Notes: generated from the sequence alone by a model not told the origin. A stretch of DNA of 63,080 nt, filler included, from Octopus bimaculoides (GCF_001194135.2; 8 parts of 7 records of this genome joined end to end with filler, not necessarily neighbours in it); one strand, 5' to 3'; shown: positions 9,604 to 23,964, counted from the whole stretch's first letter. Numbers and translations are program-made.

Positions 9604-11800
9604 GATCATCATCATCATCATCATCATCATTATCGTTTAACATCCGCTTTCCATGCTTGCATGGGTTGGACGATTTGACTGAGGACTAGCGAACCAGATG
9701 GCTACACCAGGCTCCAATCTGATTTGGCAGAGTTTCTACAGCTGGATGCCCTTCCTAACGCCAACCACTCAGAGAGTGTAGTGGGTGCTTTTATGTGCCA
9801 CCGGCACGAGGGCCAATCAGGCAGTACTGGCAACGGCCACGCTCAAATGGTGTTTTTTTATGTGCCACCTGTACAGGGGTCAGTCCAGCGTCACTGGCAA
9901 TGACCTTGCTCGAATGTTTTTTCATGTGCAACCAGTACAAGTGCCAGTAAGGCGATGTTGGTAACGATCATGCTCAGATGGTGCTAGTTATGTGCCACCG
10001 GCACAGAAGCCAGTCAGCTGCTCTGGCATTGATCACACTCAGACGGTGCTGTCAGTGCTCCACTGGAACGGGTGCCAGTCATCGAATTTGGTTCAATTTT
10101 GGTTTCAATTTCACGTGCCCCAACAGGTCTTTGCAAGCAGAATTTAGTGTCCACTGAAGGAAATGTTGGCATGGGTACAAGTCATCGAATTTGGTTCGAT
10201 TTCGATTTCACTTGCCTCAACAGGTCTTCACAAGCATAGTTTAGTGTCCAATGAAGGAAAGATATGCATAAGTGGGCTGGTTACAGCCCTGGCAAAGACC
10301 ATGGGTTATGGTCTCACATGGCTTGCCACGTCTTCTCACGCACAGCAAATTTCCAAAGGTCCTGATCACTAGTCATTGCCTCGGTGAGGTCTAATGTTCG
10401 AAGGTCTTGCCTCACCACCTCATCCCAGGTCTTCCTGGGCCTACCTCTTCCACAGGTTCCCTCAACTGCTAGGGTGTGGCACTTTTTCACACAGCTATCC
10501 TCATCCATTCTCACCACATGACAATACCAGCGTGGTCGTCTCTCTTGCACACCACAACTGATGCTTCTTAGGTTCAAATTTTCTCTCAAGATACTTACAC
10601 TCTGTCAGGTATGCACACTGACATTACACATTAATCGGAGCATAGTGGCTTACTCTTTCCCTAATTTGTTGGACTATGACCCTCTCCGTGACCTTCATTA
10701 CCTGATTCAGCAACTTGATACCTCTGTGATTATTTGTATCTAAAGCGTCACCTTTACCTTTGTAGCAGTTGACTATGGTGCTGCTACACCAGTCATTGGG
10801 TATGACTCCTTCGTGTATCACCTGGTTAACTATATGGGTGACTAGGCTATAGCTGACATTGCCAGATATTTTGAATATCTCTGCAGTGATTCCTGATGGG
10901 CCAGGGCTTTCCCTGACTTCATACTCTTAATTGCTTTATCTACCAAGGTTCTCTCAATTCGGATAGCTGGTCCCTCTGTTGGGTCAACATTGGGCAAACC
11001 CTCTTTCTCTCATTCATTCTCTTTATTGAGCAACCTTTCCTATTGGCATCTCCAAACCTCTCTCTTTGCAGCCTAGTTTAGTGCAAATGTATCATCATCC
11101 ATGTGGACACATTTCTCTCCTACGACATCGTGATCCTCTCTCACACACTGTCTTGCAACATGAAATACCTCAAGTCTTTGGTCCTCATGGCGCAGAACAT
11201 TGGCAAGTTTTTTCTGATCTGCTTCTCCTCTTAGCTTCCCCTCCTAGCTTCCCTTCTGGCAGTCTGATACAATTCCCTGCAACCACCGTTCTTCCAGTCC
11301 TTCCAAGCTTGTTTCTTTTCTCTAATAGCTCTGTCAACAACATTGTTCCACCACCACGTTATTTTGGGTTGAGAGGGGACTTTGGACCATCCACAGATCT
11401 GTTCAGTGGCCCTCAGCAGGTTGTCCTGTAGAAACCTCCAGTTGTCTTCTACATTGTGTGAAGCTATATCCCCTTCTAATTTGTCAAAGGTTTCAAGTAA
11501 TATGTCTCTAAATCTCTGTCCATTCACAGGATCTTTAAGTTTCCAGATTCTTCTCCTCCATGCTGGGCGTCTTCTGGGCAACCTCTTAGCCCTGATCCTG
11601 AAGTCACTAACTACCAGTCTATGTTGTGGGGTACATTCTTCGCCTGGGAAGGTTTTGGCATTTATAAGCAGCCACCTTTCCCTTTTTCTGGTGAGGATGT
11701 AGTCAATTTGGCTAGAGTGTCTGCCAGAACGGTAGGTGACTAGGTGACTGGCAGGTTTCCTGAAGTTAGTATTGCAAACCATAAGATCATTCGCACCCTG
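9604..11800 (-). mobile_element. RTE-clade LINE, 5'-truncated, RT core deleted
   Basis: It has the APE endonuclease C-terminus (TYRSG..SQIDYIL..QHRLVVSDF), the RT N-terminus (IPNDW..STIVNCYKGKGDA..RGIKLL), the C-terminus (RW..HVVRMD..GRGRPRKTW..VRQDL) and a (CAT)n tail at about 9604-9630. Confidence 0.9.
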
Positions 11801-12249
11801 TATATCCTCCTCCTCCTCATCATCATCCTTTAATGTCCATTTTCCATGCTGGCATGGATTGGAAGGTTTGATCAGAGCTGGCAAGCAGGGGAGTTGCACT
11901 AGGTTTTGATCTGATTTGGCTTNNNNNNNNNNNNNNNNNNNNNNNNNNNNNNNNNNNNNNNNNNNNTTAATTAATTAANNNNNNNNNNNNNNNNNNNNNN
12001 NNNNNNNNNNNNNNNNNNNNNNTATAAAAATAAAAATAATAATACAAATGATATATGAGCATATGCATGTATACATACATACATGTACATACCTACATCT
12101 ACATGTGTATATAGATGCATATCCGGGTACAGGATGTCAAAAAGGAACGGGAACATAAAGCACAAAAAAACGGACTTTTTTACAGACAACAGAATAAACA
12201 CATAGGAAAACAGACGAGCCACTTATGGAACTTTTCCTTCATCAGCTGC

Positions 12250-12525
12250 ATAACCTTCCCAAGCTTGTGGTAGGTTTCAAAAGAACCCTCCATGTATGCG
12301 TCCTTCAGCTGCTCTTCAATTTTTCTGCTTTCTCTTGGTCCACCTCATCCATCTCCAGGTAGAGATTCAATGCATTGCCTTCTAACTACAATGGCATAAA
12401 GCTTGCCACATCTTTTATTTCCTGCATTTTCACCACTAATCTTACTTTCTTTATCCAGGCCACTACATTACCTTCCTCGGTAAACAGTCTCAATACATCT
12501 TTTCCGATTCTGAATTTTGTGGCTG
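12250..12525 (-). mobile_element. LTR-retrotransposon gag fragment
   Basis: The translation LFTEEGNVVAWIKKVRLVVKMQEIKDVASFMPL*LEGNALNLYLEM..KDAY contains a stop and a frameshift and resembles Ty3/gypsy-type gag. Confidence 0.55.
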
Positions 12526-12868
12526 TTACAAATGAAGAACAAGAACAACAAAAATTATAAAATATCTACTTCTTGGACGTATAGCTGGTAACGTGGCAAA
12601 ATAGCTTGTGGTTTGAAGGCACGTAAATAGAATTGTTCTTACCTCGACTTGCAATCAGGTATCGCTGGCAGATTGATCAATTCTTCACCTGTGTTGTCAC
12701 AATCTCTCTCTATGACTGGCGTCTGTCCCTGCTCGTGTCCCCAGGAAAAACCAAGCACAAGGAAAAACTTTTCTTTTCACTCGCTGATGTGATGTCATCT
12801 CTCATTGCTTCCTGTCTTCCTTCCACCATACATATTAAATGTTGGTTTTAAGTTGGTACTACATAGAG

Positions 12869-13252
12869 TGGAGGCACAATGGCCCAGTGGTTAAGGCAGT
12901 GGACTCGAGATCATAGGATCGCGGTTTCGATTCCCAGACCATGCGTTGTGAGTGTTTATTGAGCGAAAACACCTAAAGCTCCACGAGGCTCCGGCAGGGG
13001 ATGGTGGCGAACCCTGCTGTACTCTTTCACCACAACTTTCTCTCACTCTTACTTCCTGTTTCTGTTGTGCCTGTAATTCAAAGGGGCCAGCCTTGTCACA
13101 CTGTGTCACGCTGAATATCCCCGAGAACTATGTTAAGGGTACATGTGTCTGTGGAATGCTCAGCCACTTGCTCATTAATTTCAAGAGCAGGCTGTTCCGT
13201 TGATCGGATCAACTGGAAGCCTCGACGTCGTAAACGACGGAGTGCCAACAAC
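12869..13252 (+). mobile_element. Full-length tRNA-derived SINE, family B
   Basis: A-box TGGCCCAGTGG, B-box GGTTTCGATTCC and 3' end GGAGTGCCAACAAC; near-identical to 39892-40281 and 55897-56281. Confidence 0.9.
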
Positions 13253-14699
13253 TACATTGGAAATGTTTAGCCATGGCATATTGTGAGTGAAAAAAACCCC
13301 AGATGATACTGAATATTAAATAGCGAACTTGAACATTATTTTATAAAATCTATGTATGTTTTAAGTATGGCAATGGTGTTTTACTAAAAGTTATATAATG
13401 GTTGGCAATATCATATTGGTGAGAAATGCAGTTAAGGAAAAAATACTCCATATTTATTCAAATTGTGTGTGTGTGTGACTACTCAGTTTTGTTCCTGGTT
13501 CTCACAGACTCAGCTTGGAGAAATATGTATAATAAATAAATTGGGTAGGTATCAGTAGCACATGATGAATATGTGGCACTGACATTTAGATCTTTGTCGA
13601 TGATGAAAATATACTTTGTTTATTTAAGACTCTTACTTCTGCATGTGCAAGAAGTATGTTATAGTCTACAATCTAATAAAGTACAATGAAATAGAGGCAC
13701 AATCAGTACAGAAACAGAGACATATAATGGATGTTGAAGAAGTATGAGAGTTTCGTCTGCAGATTATGTGTGTGTGTATGTGTGTGCGCAATGTAGATTT
13801 TGTAGGATATTTTTATTTCTTGTTAGTTTATTCAGAGAGGAAAGGCTGAACTCAATAATTTTAATTGCTTGTTTAGGAATTGATTGCATGTAATGTTTAA
13901 TTTTATTTACAAGGTCTTGTAGAGAGAGAGAGAGGGAGAGAGAGAGAGAGAGAGAGGGGAGGGAGAGAGAGAGAGAGAGACGCAAGAGTGTGAGTGAGTT
14001 AGTATGAGAGAGAAAGGGAGTGAGTTTGTTTGTGTGTGCGCGCGCGCGCGCGCGCGTGTGTGTAATAAAACAGGATTATACTACAAATGATTCTTACTGA
14101 AATTGAAATGGAACCAGTGAAGTCATAGATAACAGTTAATTTGGAAGAATGACACTACAAGATTGAGCAGAAAACTGAATGGTATTGTGATGTTATATTT
14201 GTGGTTAAGCTCCCTGGTCTCCTTAAAGCATGTGTAGAATTTTATAAGAGAGACAAATTGCTATGGTCAGCCAGTGTTTTGTGGTATGTGCTATCTGTCA
14301 GTTTCTCAAATTTTTTAGTGTCTACTACACTTGTCTGAATGAAATTATAATTTTCAATTATTTTCGTGTCTGTCATCTTCAAAGTTTTGCACATGTTTCA
14401 AAGCTTTGCTGACATATTCAACTTAGAAATTTTGTACTAACATGGCAACATGTCATTGTAAGCTCTCTACTGTTGTTATGGGGATGATGATAACCAGCTA
14501 AGCATCTGGCTTGAGTTAGAGAGAACCACAATACTGCTTATGTTTAGCAGTAACTTTTTTTTATTGTATATTTTCTGGGTTTGATTTGTTGAGTTTGTCT
14601 TTTCACACATGACCGGCCAGTGTAATAACAGCGGGAGTTATGAAATCTACAATGGAATTATTAATCATATTGGCCATTTATAGCTTGTTCTTAGGTTCA

Positions 14700-15500
14700 C
14701 ATGCTTGTTCACAAATCTGAAATTATTTTGTTTTCTTCTTACACATGAAAACCTTCAAATTCTTCATTCTCATCTTCATGCCTGTGCAAACATAAAGGGG
14801 TTAGCAAAAATTAGGTCATGCATTATTTTAAAGTGGATCTTTTCAGATGAACTTTTTAAGACAAGCTTTTAGAGGCTTATCAGCATGAACATTCAGTAAC
14901 AGACTCTGCTTAACCTATGACCTGTATTTAGCTTTTTTTTAGTATCAAGATTGAATAAGAATTGTACAATTTAGGGGAAAGCAAATATTAAAAGTGTTAT
15001 TTTTCACAAAACATTTAGATTTAAGATAAACTGAAATTCTTTCAAAAAGGAGCACAATTTTGCAGCTATTTGCAAGGCCTACACTTTAACAAAGAGACCT
15101 CACCTCTAATATAAAATGCTTTCCATATCGCTCTTGAAATATGGATGTCTTCCACCCCTTAGTACCCTGGTAAATTATATTAACCCTGTCACAAATCATA
15201 TTGATTTAATGTAAGAGGGTTAACCCTTTTACTAATCACTTGATTTATATCTATTTGTTCTTGCAGCATTACTGCAGCCTGGAATTGCCTATCTGAGTTT
15301 TGGTTCCTTTCTGCCAAAAAGTGGAACTACTGTGGCTAAGGTTGTTTGAAGCATACATTTCCAGAAAGGCTGCTTTCATCCTCATTATAAATTTGCTCTG
15401 GCATTATATTTTTACTGACTATTTGTAACTGAATCTGACAAAGAATTAAAGAAGAAATTCCAAACATGGAAGGAAAAGTGAGAATCAACTGACCTTCAAG
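14700..15500 (-). mobile_element. pogo/Tigger (Jerky-like) transposase fossil
   Basis: PEQIYNEDESSL/WKCM..TL..CSNAA at about 15260-15405 matches the Tigger DDE start (QIYNADETGLFWK). An acidic C-terminal EDENEEFEGF lies at about 14749-14778. Confidence 0.5.
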
Positions 15501-16289
15501 TAAACTTGGCAAAAGCTTTAGTTAGGACAAGAAGACTTAACTGCTGCTTGGGAAATGGTCACATTTAGATGTACCCAGTAAACTATGGGTGCACATGAGC
15601 TGCTGTGGCATCATAAACAGTCTGGCAGAGAAGCTGAATAGTTAGTACTAAAAACACCCAGACAGTCTATTTCTTCATAAGTCTGGACAGCTAGTAGTTG
15701 ACAGCTTCTGTTAACTCCTAATCAGCAAGGGTTGTGAGTGTTTCAAACTCTCGCTTTTCTCATCCTTACACAGTTGTAAAAATCAGGTCAAAGTGGAAAA
15801 AAATTCACTGAGTTATTGCACCTGATAGAAACAAAGGATTTCTTTCTCAAATTAAAGGACAGATTGTATGATGCTTGTGTACAAATTGTAATGTTGAATA
15901 GTAGCAAAGCATGGACATTTATGCAGAGGATGTGCAAAGGTTGGAAATATAGTAAGCATGTGCTTCTGGATGAGTAATGTTAGGCATTGAGCACAGAACA
16001 CAAATGAGCTGAAAGAAAACTGGTTATTAGAGGTATCAGATGGTGTATACAAAAGAGAAGAGAAAAAGTCAGTGATAACTAGCAATAAAGAAGTACGGTG
16101 ATAAGAGGAGTAACTGCAGACAGATCCAATATGAGACCATCCTTCATTATACAGCTGGTCTGATGGGTTAGGTGAAGGGGTTAGTGATAAATGAAAAAAT
16201 AAAGAAGAGAGGAGTATTGTAGTTTGTAATGACTTAATTTAAACATTTGGGCTGGGAGAGGCCCACATGTAGATATATATTTCAACTTT

Positions 16290-16560
16290 TATCCCCACCA
16301 CATTTTTGTGTCAGTTTTTACTATGCTTGTATGGGTTGGGTTGAATATTTGCAGCACAAGTACTTTGCCATAATTTGTAGTCCTTTGTTAAGCCTTTGTG
16401 AGGTTCATCCTCTTGAAATTTATCTTCACCACTTTGTTCCACCTCTTCCTTGGTCTACCTCTGATTCTGATTCCATCTACTTGGTGCACATTTCTTCATA
16501 CAACTGACACCCTCCAAAGGCATCACACATAATCTATGGTGCACACCACTAAATTCATTG
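16290..16560 (-). mobile_element. Old RTE LINE 3' fragment
   Basis: Decayed CMKKC..GIRIRGRPRKRWNKVVK..LWQ C-terminus. Confidence 0.55.
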
Positions 16561-17394
16561 TATTTATATATATACATATCCCTATGCATGTATAATATAG
16601 ATAGAAAGAAAATGTTTTTTTTTTCTTTTTACTTTTGCAAAATCCCACAAATGTGTACAGGAAAAATTAGAACAAACCTGTACCAGTACCTATTTTATTA
16701 CTCTAGTAATAAAATGGTAAAAGTTGATTCACACAAGAATCATATTTAGAATGTAAAGGGATGTAACTGAAAAATATAAAGTACTAATTCTTAGAATTTA
16801 CTGTGTCTCTCTTTCTCACCACTGCTTTTACTCATACAAATAATGGAAGTATAAAAGTGTGAAGAATGATAATTTTATGGTTGTGTTTGGATTCTTTGAA
16901 TACAGAGGAAAAAGTTAGCTTCAAAGTACGTTTTCAAAACTTCTGTCAAATGTATGCAAAATAATAAAACAGTAAAAACACATTTGGAGATAATTGAAAT
17001 TGGAAACAGCTGTGAATATAATCTTACATTGATGCCTGGAATCATGGTAGCTGTAATAACAGCTATATAACAGCCTTTCGCTATATAACTCTAAGTGACA
17101 AACTGTAGGCATAAATTTAGCTTGTCTTTTGATAAAGCATATTAAGGGAGATTAACAATCTGACTGGAGGAAAATATCTTCATATTAAATATAAACTCAG
17201 TAGGGTCTCACACATATAATATAGTGAACAGGAAACTTAGATCTTCTTAGATTATCTCAGAAATTACTAAGCAAAATCTCCCTCTAGAGCTGTTTAAAAG
17301 CATCAACCAGGGGAATTAACTCCAATATTATTGGATAATCAATATTTTTGAACAATATAATGACAGATTGGAGTGAATCTGGTTTTGATATTTG

Positions 17395-17435
<41 letters not shown>

Positions 17436-17535
17436 NNNNNNNNNNNNNNNNNNNNNNNNNNNNNNNNNNNNNNNNNNNNTTAATTAATTAANNNNNNNNN
17501 NNNNNNNNNNNNNNNNNNNNNNNNNNNNNNNNNNN

Positions 17536-17745
17536 ATAATAAAAAAATATTCAGACAAATACATAACAAAAATACCAGGACTTACAAATATATATAACAT
17601 ACAGAAAATTGCACAACTGGGTACTGCACACATTCTACGCAAAACACTTTCAATACAGTAAACATAAGAGCACCACAGCACATACCCAAGGCGCACAGAG
17701 CTGCGCTCGGTAGTGAAGTGAAAGCACGTTATAAAAATAAAACTA

Positions 17746-17810
<65 letters not shown>

Positions 17811-17826
17811 TAACAATAACAATAAC

Positions 17827-17885
<59 letters not shown>
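17536..17885 (+). mobile_element. R4/Dong-like (restriction-like endonuclease) LINE 3' end with (AAT)n tail
   Basis: IKKYSDKYITKIPGLTNIYNIQKIAQLGTAHILRKTLSIQ* followed by a short UTR and a long (AAT)n/(AAC)n tract. Confidence 0.7.
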
Positions 17886-18350
17886 TAATGCTCAATACCA
17901 CAGATTTACTTGTCAGTTATTTGACCATAACCAGCTGAGCATGTCCCTTGGTGGTTGACGATATGTGCATCGCTGGTCACGAGCAGAAGTAGTGGGGGAG
18001 CATCATAGCCATGTGTTGGAAGGAATTCTTTGGAGTCTGGATAATTGACCTTGGAAACATGGCTGTTTTGTTCATCATACTTAAATGACCCTTATTCAGG
18101 GACCTTTTGAGCGGGATGGGCTACTCGACCTGAAGAAGATACTAACTGAGCCCCACCTGCGATGTCATGCACTGTTTATCTTGATATGAGATCACCATGT
18201 CACGCACATATGGTTGTGATGCATGTGCCTGGTGTACCCTTATCAGACGGGTAGTCATGATGGGTATAATGGGCTTTGTATATTTTACTTTTGCTTCGTA
18301 TGTTTTACAAAGTTTCACTTTGATTATATGCACTGCTCTCTCACTCACTC

Positions 18351-18416
<66 letters not shown>

Positions 18417-18420
18417 CCCC
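17886..18420 (+). mobile_element. Family D element, 5'-truncated, with (AAT)n tail
   Basis: Homologous to 7742-8180 (gctcaataccacagattt...catgatgggtata); inserted in an (AAT)n tract. Confidence 0.8.
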
Positions 18421-18429
18421 GTAGATAAA

Positions 18430-19085
18430 TAATATGCAAAAACAAAAGAAAATAAAGAGAGTTGGCTCAGGAAGAATATAAGTAATGGAAGCATTACCAA
18501 GTTGTGAAAGTTGTGCACTGGAATCTTTGTCAGAAACGAGGGTTTGAAGCCAGAAGTACTCGGTATAAATATCGGGTTGAAAGAGTACTTGAGTTAGAAG
18601 AATGCAAGATTTTATGAGTTGTTTCAATTCAAACAGATAAGAAGATAAGAAATAGCAAACCAGATATAACAGTAATAGACAAGAAAAAACGAACATGTTT
18701 ATAGATTGGTTTATCATGTCAGTTTGATTCCTAGATTGTAAAGAAAGAAAATGAAAAAGTTCAAAAATAAAATCCCTGAAAATTTGTGATTGTGAGAATT
18801 TGGAATATGAAATCTATAAAACCTGTGCCTGTAACAATTGATCCATTAGGGACTGTGAGTAATGATATAGATAAATGGTTAAAGGAGATTGGAATAGAAT
18901 GTCCTGTAGAGCTTCTACAGAAAGTTTGCCTCTTAGGAACAGGAAAGATTATCAGAAGAGTTTTGGGAACTTGAAAGATTATTGAAAGCTTGTGGGTATC
19001 TAAGGTTACAGGTAGAAACCCGATACCCACGTAAATTCTGCCAAATGTAAGATCAATCATGAGTCACGTCGAATGATAATAATTA
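18430..19085 (+). mobile_element. Second R4/Dong-like LINE 3' fragment
   Basis: IVRIWNMKSIKPVPVTIDPLGTVSNDIDKWLKEIGIECPVELLQKVCLLGTGKIIRRVLGT* is an RLE-LINE C-terminal motif (LQK..LLGT..I.RRVL). Confidence 0.7.
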
Positions 19086-20550
19086 TTTTATTCGCGATCA
19101 TGCCTCACATGGATACGATGACATTATAATAACAATGTTGGGGGGAGGTATTTATGCATAAAGAAACTAAAAGGAAAAGAAGCATGGCGACGATCAAATT
19201 TTTACAAAGAAAATGCCATAATAGTTGGGTGGCCTCTGAAAGAGAACATCTGAAATATACAGTCACCCTGACCGATAAGGCAAGCTCCCTCTCTAGGCTG
19301 TCCTCTTCTATTTCTGAAATCTCGTACGCTTAACAGGCAGTTTCAATAGCATCATACTCGACACTCCTATCTACCACTCAACGGATTTTCTGGAACGTAG
19401 CACTTCCTTCTCTCCACTCACTTTCTTTTCCAAATTTCACTTGAAAATTGATGAGTTTTTTTAAAGATGAATTTATTTGTTTTCACCCCATATAATTTCG
19501 CCCACCACACAGCCCTTTCCGTCTTACTTACTAGACTGACAGACGAAATCTGCCTGAAATTATTGGCTAAATAAACGTGGCGGGCGATTTTTACAAAAGG
19601 ACTCTGTTGATAGCCTTATCAGCACTACATATGAACAACAGCTACTTGACTCAACTCTAAGTGAGCAATACTTATACAATTGACGAGTGTATTGCAGAAT
19701 GATCTGCATGTAAAAGTACCTACTCGGCTGACAGGATTTCTATACCTGTAGAATTTATCTCAAGCCGGCAGCGCGCTTCAAACTAGGTAAACAGTTTAAG
19801 TGTCTGCCACAGAGTGCGATCCACTAGAAACTCTAGCGCTAGAGGATGCATACGAAAATCAAGGACAGTCAATCTAATAGATTTCCATGCGCTTTCTAAC
19901 AAATTCCATATAGAATTCTTTGGTCGACTGAGAGCTATAGTACGAAATGTCGTGCAATAGAGACGAATCATGACCAAGCTACTTGCTTTGGGATTTTCTA
20001 AACCAAATATTTATATCTGTGTTTATTATTGCTGAACTGATAAATCAAAAATCATATTCATTTTGGTTCGGTTCGACACATCATTACAAACTTTATTCAT
20101 TATTACATAAAGAGATTTTATGTGTTCGCTTGACCTGACAGAGCTGGTAGCCAAATGTATTTCATGTAACACTCTACCATTTTGGAAGAATGGAAGAATA
20201 CTTTTGATTAATGTAGCCCAGGAAGCAACATTGACTAGAAAAAGATGAGATTCTGACGGGCAGAATGCTTTTCATCATAGATCTATTCAATCATGGCTGA
20301 CTAAATAGCAGTAACACCATGAATCATTACTTTTTAGTTTTATTTTTCTAACATGTGTAAATTTTTAAATTGAAATTTTTCGGATTATTAATCTTAGCAT
20401 TAGAGATGAAAGTAAACAGCAAGGAAAGAAAAAGAATGAGTTTTAAAGAGACAATCCATAAAGACACGGACTTCCATAAAGATACGAACTAAAAACTATA
20501 CAGAATTTGAAATGAAAGGCAAAAGTGACGGATAATAAACAATGAAAGGA

Positions 20551-20599
<49 letters not shown>

Positions 20600-21843
20600 N
20601 NNNNNNNNNNNNNNNNGGGGGGGGGGTAAGATGGAAACAGAGAGAGACAGGGGTATATGAAAAGAAAGAATGGAAAAATAGAGGAAAATAAAATAGGGAG
20701 TGTAAAAAAGAAAAGGATAGAAAAATTAAATGAGATAAAAAAAATTAACACAAGCAAGGAAACGGGTAACGAAAACAAGGGAAAATATTTTTTATATATA
20801 TAAATTAATCACTAGAAAGAATCCTCCGAGATCCGTGACATAATGTGATTAATATTTGATCCTACTGTAATAGTGTAAAAATTCTCAATTTCGTTAATAA
20901 AAGAGGCTGAAAAGATTGGCCGTAAATAGGTTTCACTCTTCTAAGAACGAGGGTACTGTATCCGTCACTTGTAACTTTAGTCACGAACCTCACTGGTCAG
21001 CAGACAACCATGCTTTAGATATCATTTCTAAGCCTCGTTTTCATTCCAAAGCCTCGCTTTCAAATGGCTCTAGTAATATTAACAGTAGTAAATATAACAT
21101 GTATAGGTATAGTAATAATATCAGTAATTATTACCACACATACCTTCTGCAGAGGCCAATAAATGTGTTAAAAGATAAAATAAAATAAAATAAAATAAAA
21201 TGAAGAAACCGATGTCCCGCCGCTACAGAGTGGACTTCTGAAAAAAATCCCAAGGACCAGGTAATGATGCCTGCACCACTCGTCTACTTAAATGAAAACA
21301 TAGACCAAAGAACGCAGTAAAAGAAAAAGTTATAACATGTTAATATATCTTTTTTATGGGCAACCATGATTTATTTTTCTGTTGGAGATTCCGATGACTC
21401 ATCTGCATTGACCATAGTTCTTTATTGCTGTTTAGAGACATGTTGTCTTTAATTGATTAAACAAAATATAATCTTAAAAAATGGAGACTCCTTTAATTAG
21501 GGCGATGAGTATTTCAGCTTCTTTCATCAGCAGAGCAACTTGTTTCTTGTATCATAGTGAACCTACATAATTTTATACAAATATGGCAAATTTAACACTC
21601 TAACTATAGACTAAATAAGAAATGATAAACAACCTTAATTGATTTTCAGACCTAACTTGGATCTCCTTAGATGTATCCACCTCACTGGACCAGCCCCAGA
21701 GAAATAAGTAACCAATCTGTATAAGTGAGCGAGGATTATAAATGATAAATGACACTAGTCTTCTTTACGTAATCATTTGGCTTAATCAACGGGACACAAC
21801 TTATGCGCAAAAGAGACGAAGTTAATCCTTTGAATTACAGGTA

Positions 21844-21888
<45 letters not shown>

Positions 21889-22296
21889 ACATAAGAAACA
21901 CTCACACACATATATATGTACACACACCACCATATATATACATACTCATAAATTTGCATGCACACAAAAGCAAATTACCATTTCTCTTTTACTTGTTTTA
22001 GTCACTGGATTACGGCCCGTAGGCACCACTTGAAGTCATTATTTATCTTTTAAAGCCTGATACTTATTCTGTCGGTTACTTTCACCGAAACGCTGAATTA
22101 CCAGAGACGTAAAGAAGCCAATTCTGGTTGTCCAACAGTTAGCGCGCACGCGCACGCGCACACACATAATCACACACACACATACACACATACAGAGACG
22201 ATCTCTCTCACTTTTTCTCTCTCTCTCACTTTTTCTCTCTCTCTCTTTCACACACATACGCATACATATGTGTGTGTGTATGCAAATTTTTATGAG

Positions 22297-22347
<51 letters not shown>

Positions 22348-22494
22348 TGATGTGTGTACATATATATGTATGCGTGTGAGTGTTTATTTATGTACATATA
22401 TATATATGTATATATATATTAGATAGATAGATAATAGATAGATATACAACTGCATATAAACATATAAACATGCATAAATACAAAAACATATACA

Positions 22495-22526
<32 letters not shown>

Positions 22527-22939
22527 CACATACATACATACATACATGCATACATACATACATACATACATACATACAGAATGCATACATATACTCGGAG
22601 TGTTATAAGAGGTAAGAGGAAAATCAGGATGCAAATGAAAGAAAAGTATCACTGAAAGCTATACGAAGAAAAAAAAAAGAAAGAAAACGTCGTAAGACTG
22701 ACGAAGAATAAAAAGAAAAAAAGAAAACAAATAATGAAGTCATTGAAAGACAAAGACAGCCACATAAAAACTAGTAAAGCAAAAACGAGAAAAGCTGGCG
22801 AATAAAAAGACAGACAATGAATGAAACGAAAACAAGACTGGAAATGTATGCTTGTTTGTTAACCTGTCAGCTGTTTATTTTTTGTTTCGTTTCATTTATT
22901 TCATTTATGTTTTATTATTTTTTTTATCCTTCGTCTATT

Positions 22940-23425
22940 TACGAGGGGGTACCAAAAAAAAAAAGAAATTTTGCAATGTTATTTTATTCACTTAGATTTA
23001 CATGTTTACACATTTATCGCCTTCAAAGTATTCGCTATTTGTAGCAATGCATTGGTCCAGGCACGTTTTCCATTGTTCGAAGCAGTGCTGGAACTCTTGC
23101 GAAATGATGCCATTTAACGCATCTGTCGTCTTCTTCTTCGCCTCTTCCGCAACAACAAAGTCCGTAGCACCAGCTTTCGTCACCTTCGAAAAGATGTCCG
23201 GGTCAACTTCTAACTGATCTTTCAGTACACTAAATGCATTTAGTCGTGACTGCTTTTGATGTTCCGTGAGCAAATAAGGCACAGATTTTGCTGTAACTTT
23301 TTTCATTCGCAATTCCTCGCTCAAAATTCGTTGGCAGCAGCAGCAAGACACACCAATCATATCAACGCCTGCTTGTTGTTTCTTCATTTGTCCTTCGTCT
23401 CATTGCTTTCTGCAAATTTGAACTG
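22940..23425 (-). mobile_element. Mariner (DD34D-type) transposon remnant, internally deleted
   Basis: A TACGAGGG terminus at 22940, and translation VTAKSVPYLLTEHQKQSR...FQHCFEQWKTCLDQCIATNSEYFEGD. Confidence 0.8.
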
Positions 23426-23440
23426 TTTGTGTGTGTGTGT

Positions 23441-23489
<49 letters not shown>

Positions 23490-23835
23490 CACAAACATTT
23501 TCAGTCCATTCTACATAATTCATTCTTTCTAACTATCTTTCTGACTTAAAGACACACAAACAAAAAAATACTATTTGCAAAGCTACCCAGATTTTATTCT
23601 AGCATTGCGACATGAAGCACAAGAGGATTTAACACAGATGTACCTCCTATTACTCGGAGCTCTTGACCGTCGGTTCGCCAATACATGTATTTTTAATGCA
23701 GTAGACTGCGGATTAAGTTTTTAGATTGCGTATTGAAGGCTTTTAGGTCGCAAAGGTAGATTCATATATGTGTATGTGTCTGTTTGTATACACACACACA
23801 TACTTATACATACAAACACTCATACATACATACAC

Positions 23836-23868
<33 letters not shown>

Positions 23869-23964
23869 AGAAGAGAGAGAGGAGGGAGGGAAGGAGAGAG
23901 ACAAAATGCGCAAGAGTGACAAGGATGTTTATATTTTATATGCGCCGGAGATTTGGTAGCTAAT

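Noticed and set aside
12205-12250. CUGAUGA word on the minus strand (also 1425, 1451, 3168, 35623, 36346) as hammerheads
   Set aside because: There is no properly placed GAAAC with closed stems I and II; these are at most decayed relics.
12869-12945. tRNA-like heads of SINE families A, B, C and the CORE type as tRNA genes
   Set aside because: They have A/B boxes but no complete cloverleaf and continue into repeated SINE bodies.
14030-14063. (GT)n(GC)9(GT)n potential Z-DNA
   Set aside because: It is a plausible structure, but such tracts are common in this microsatellite-rich genome and there is no evidence of function.
20596-20625. Poly-G flanking a small gap
   Set aside because: Likely a sequencing or assembly break at a G/GA tract, not a supportable G-quadruplex call.
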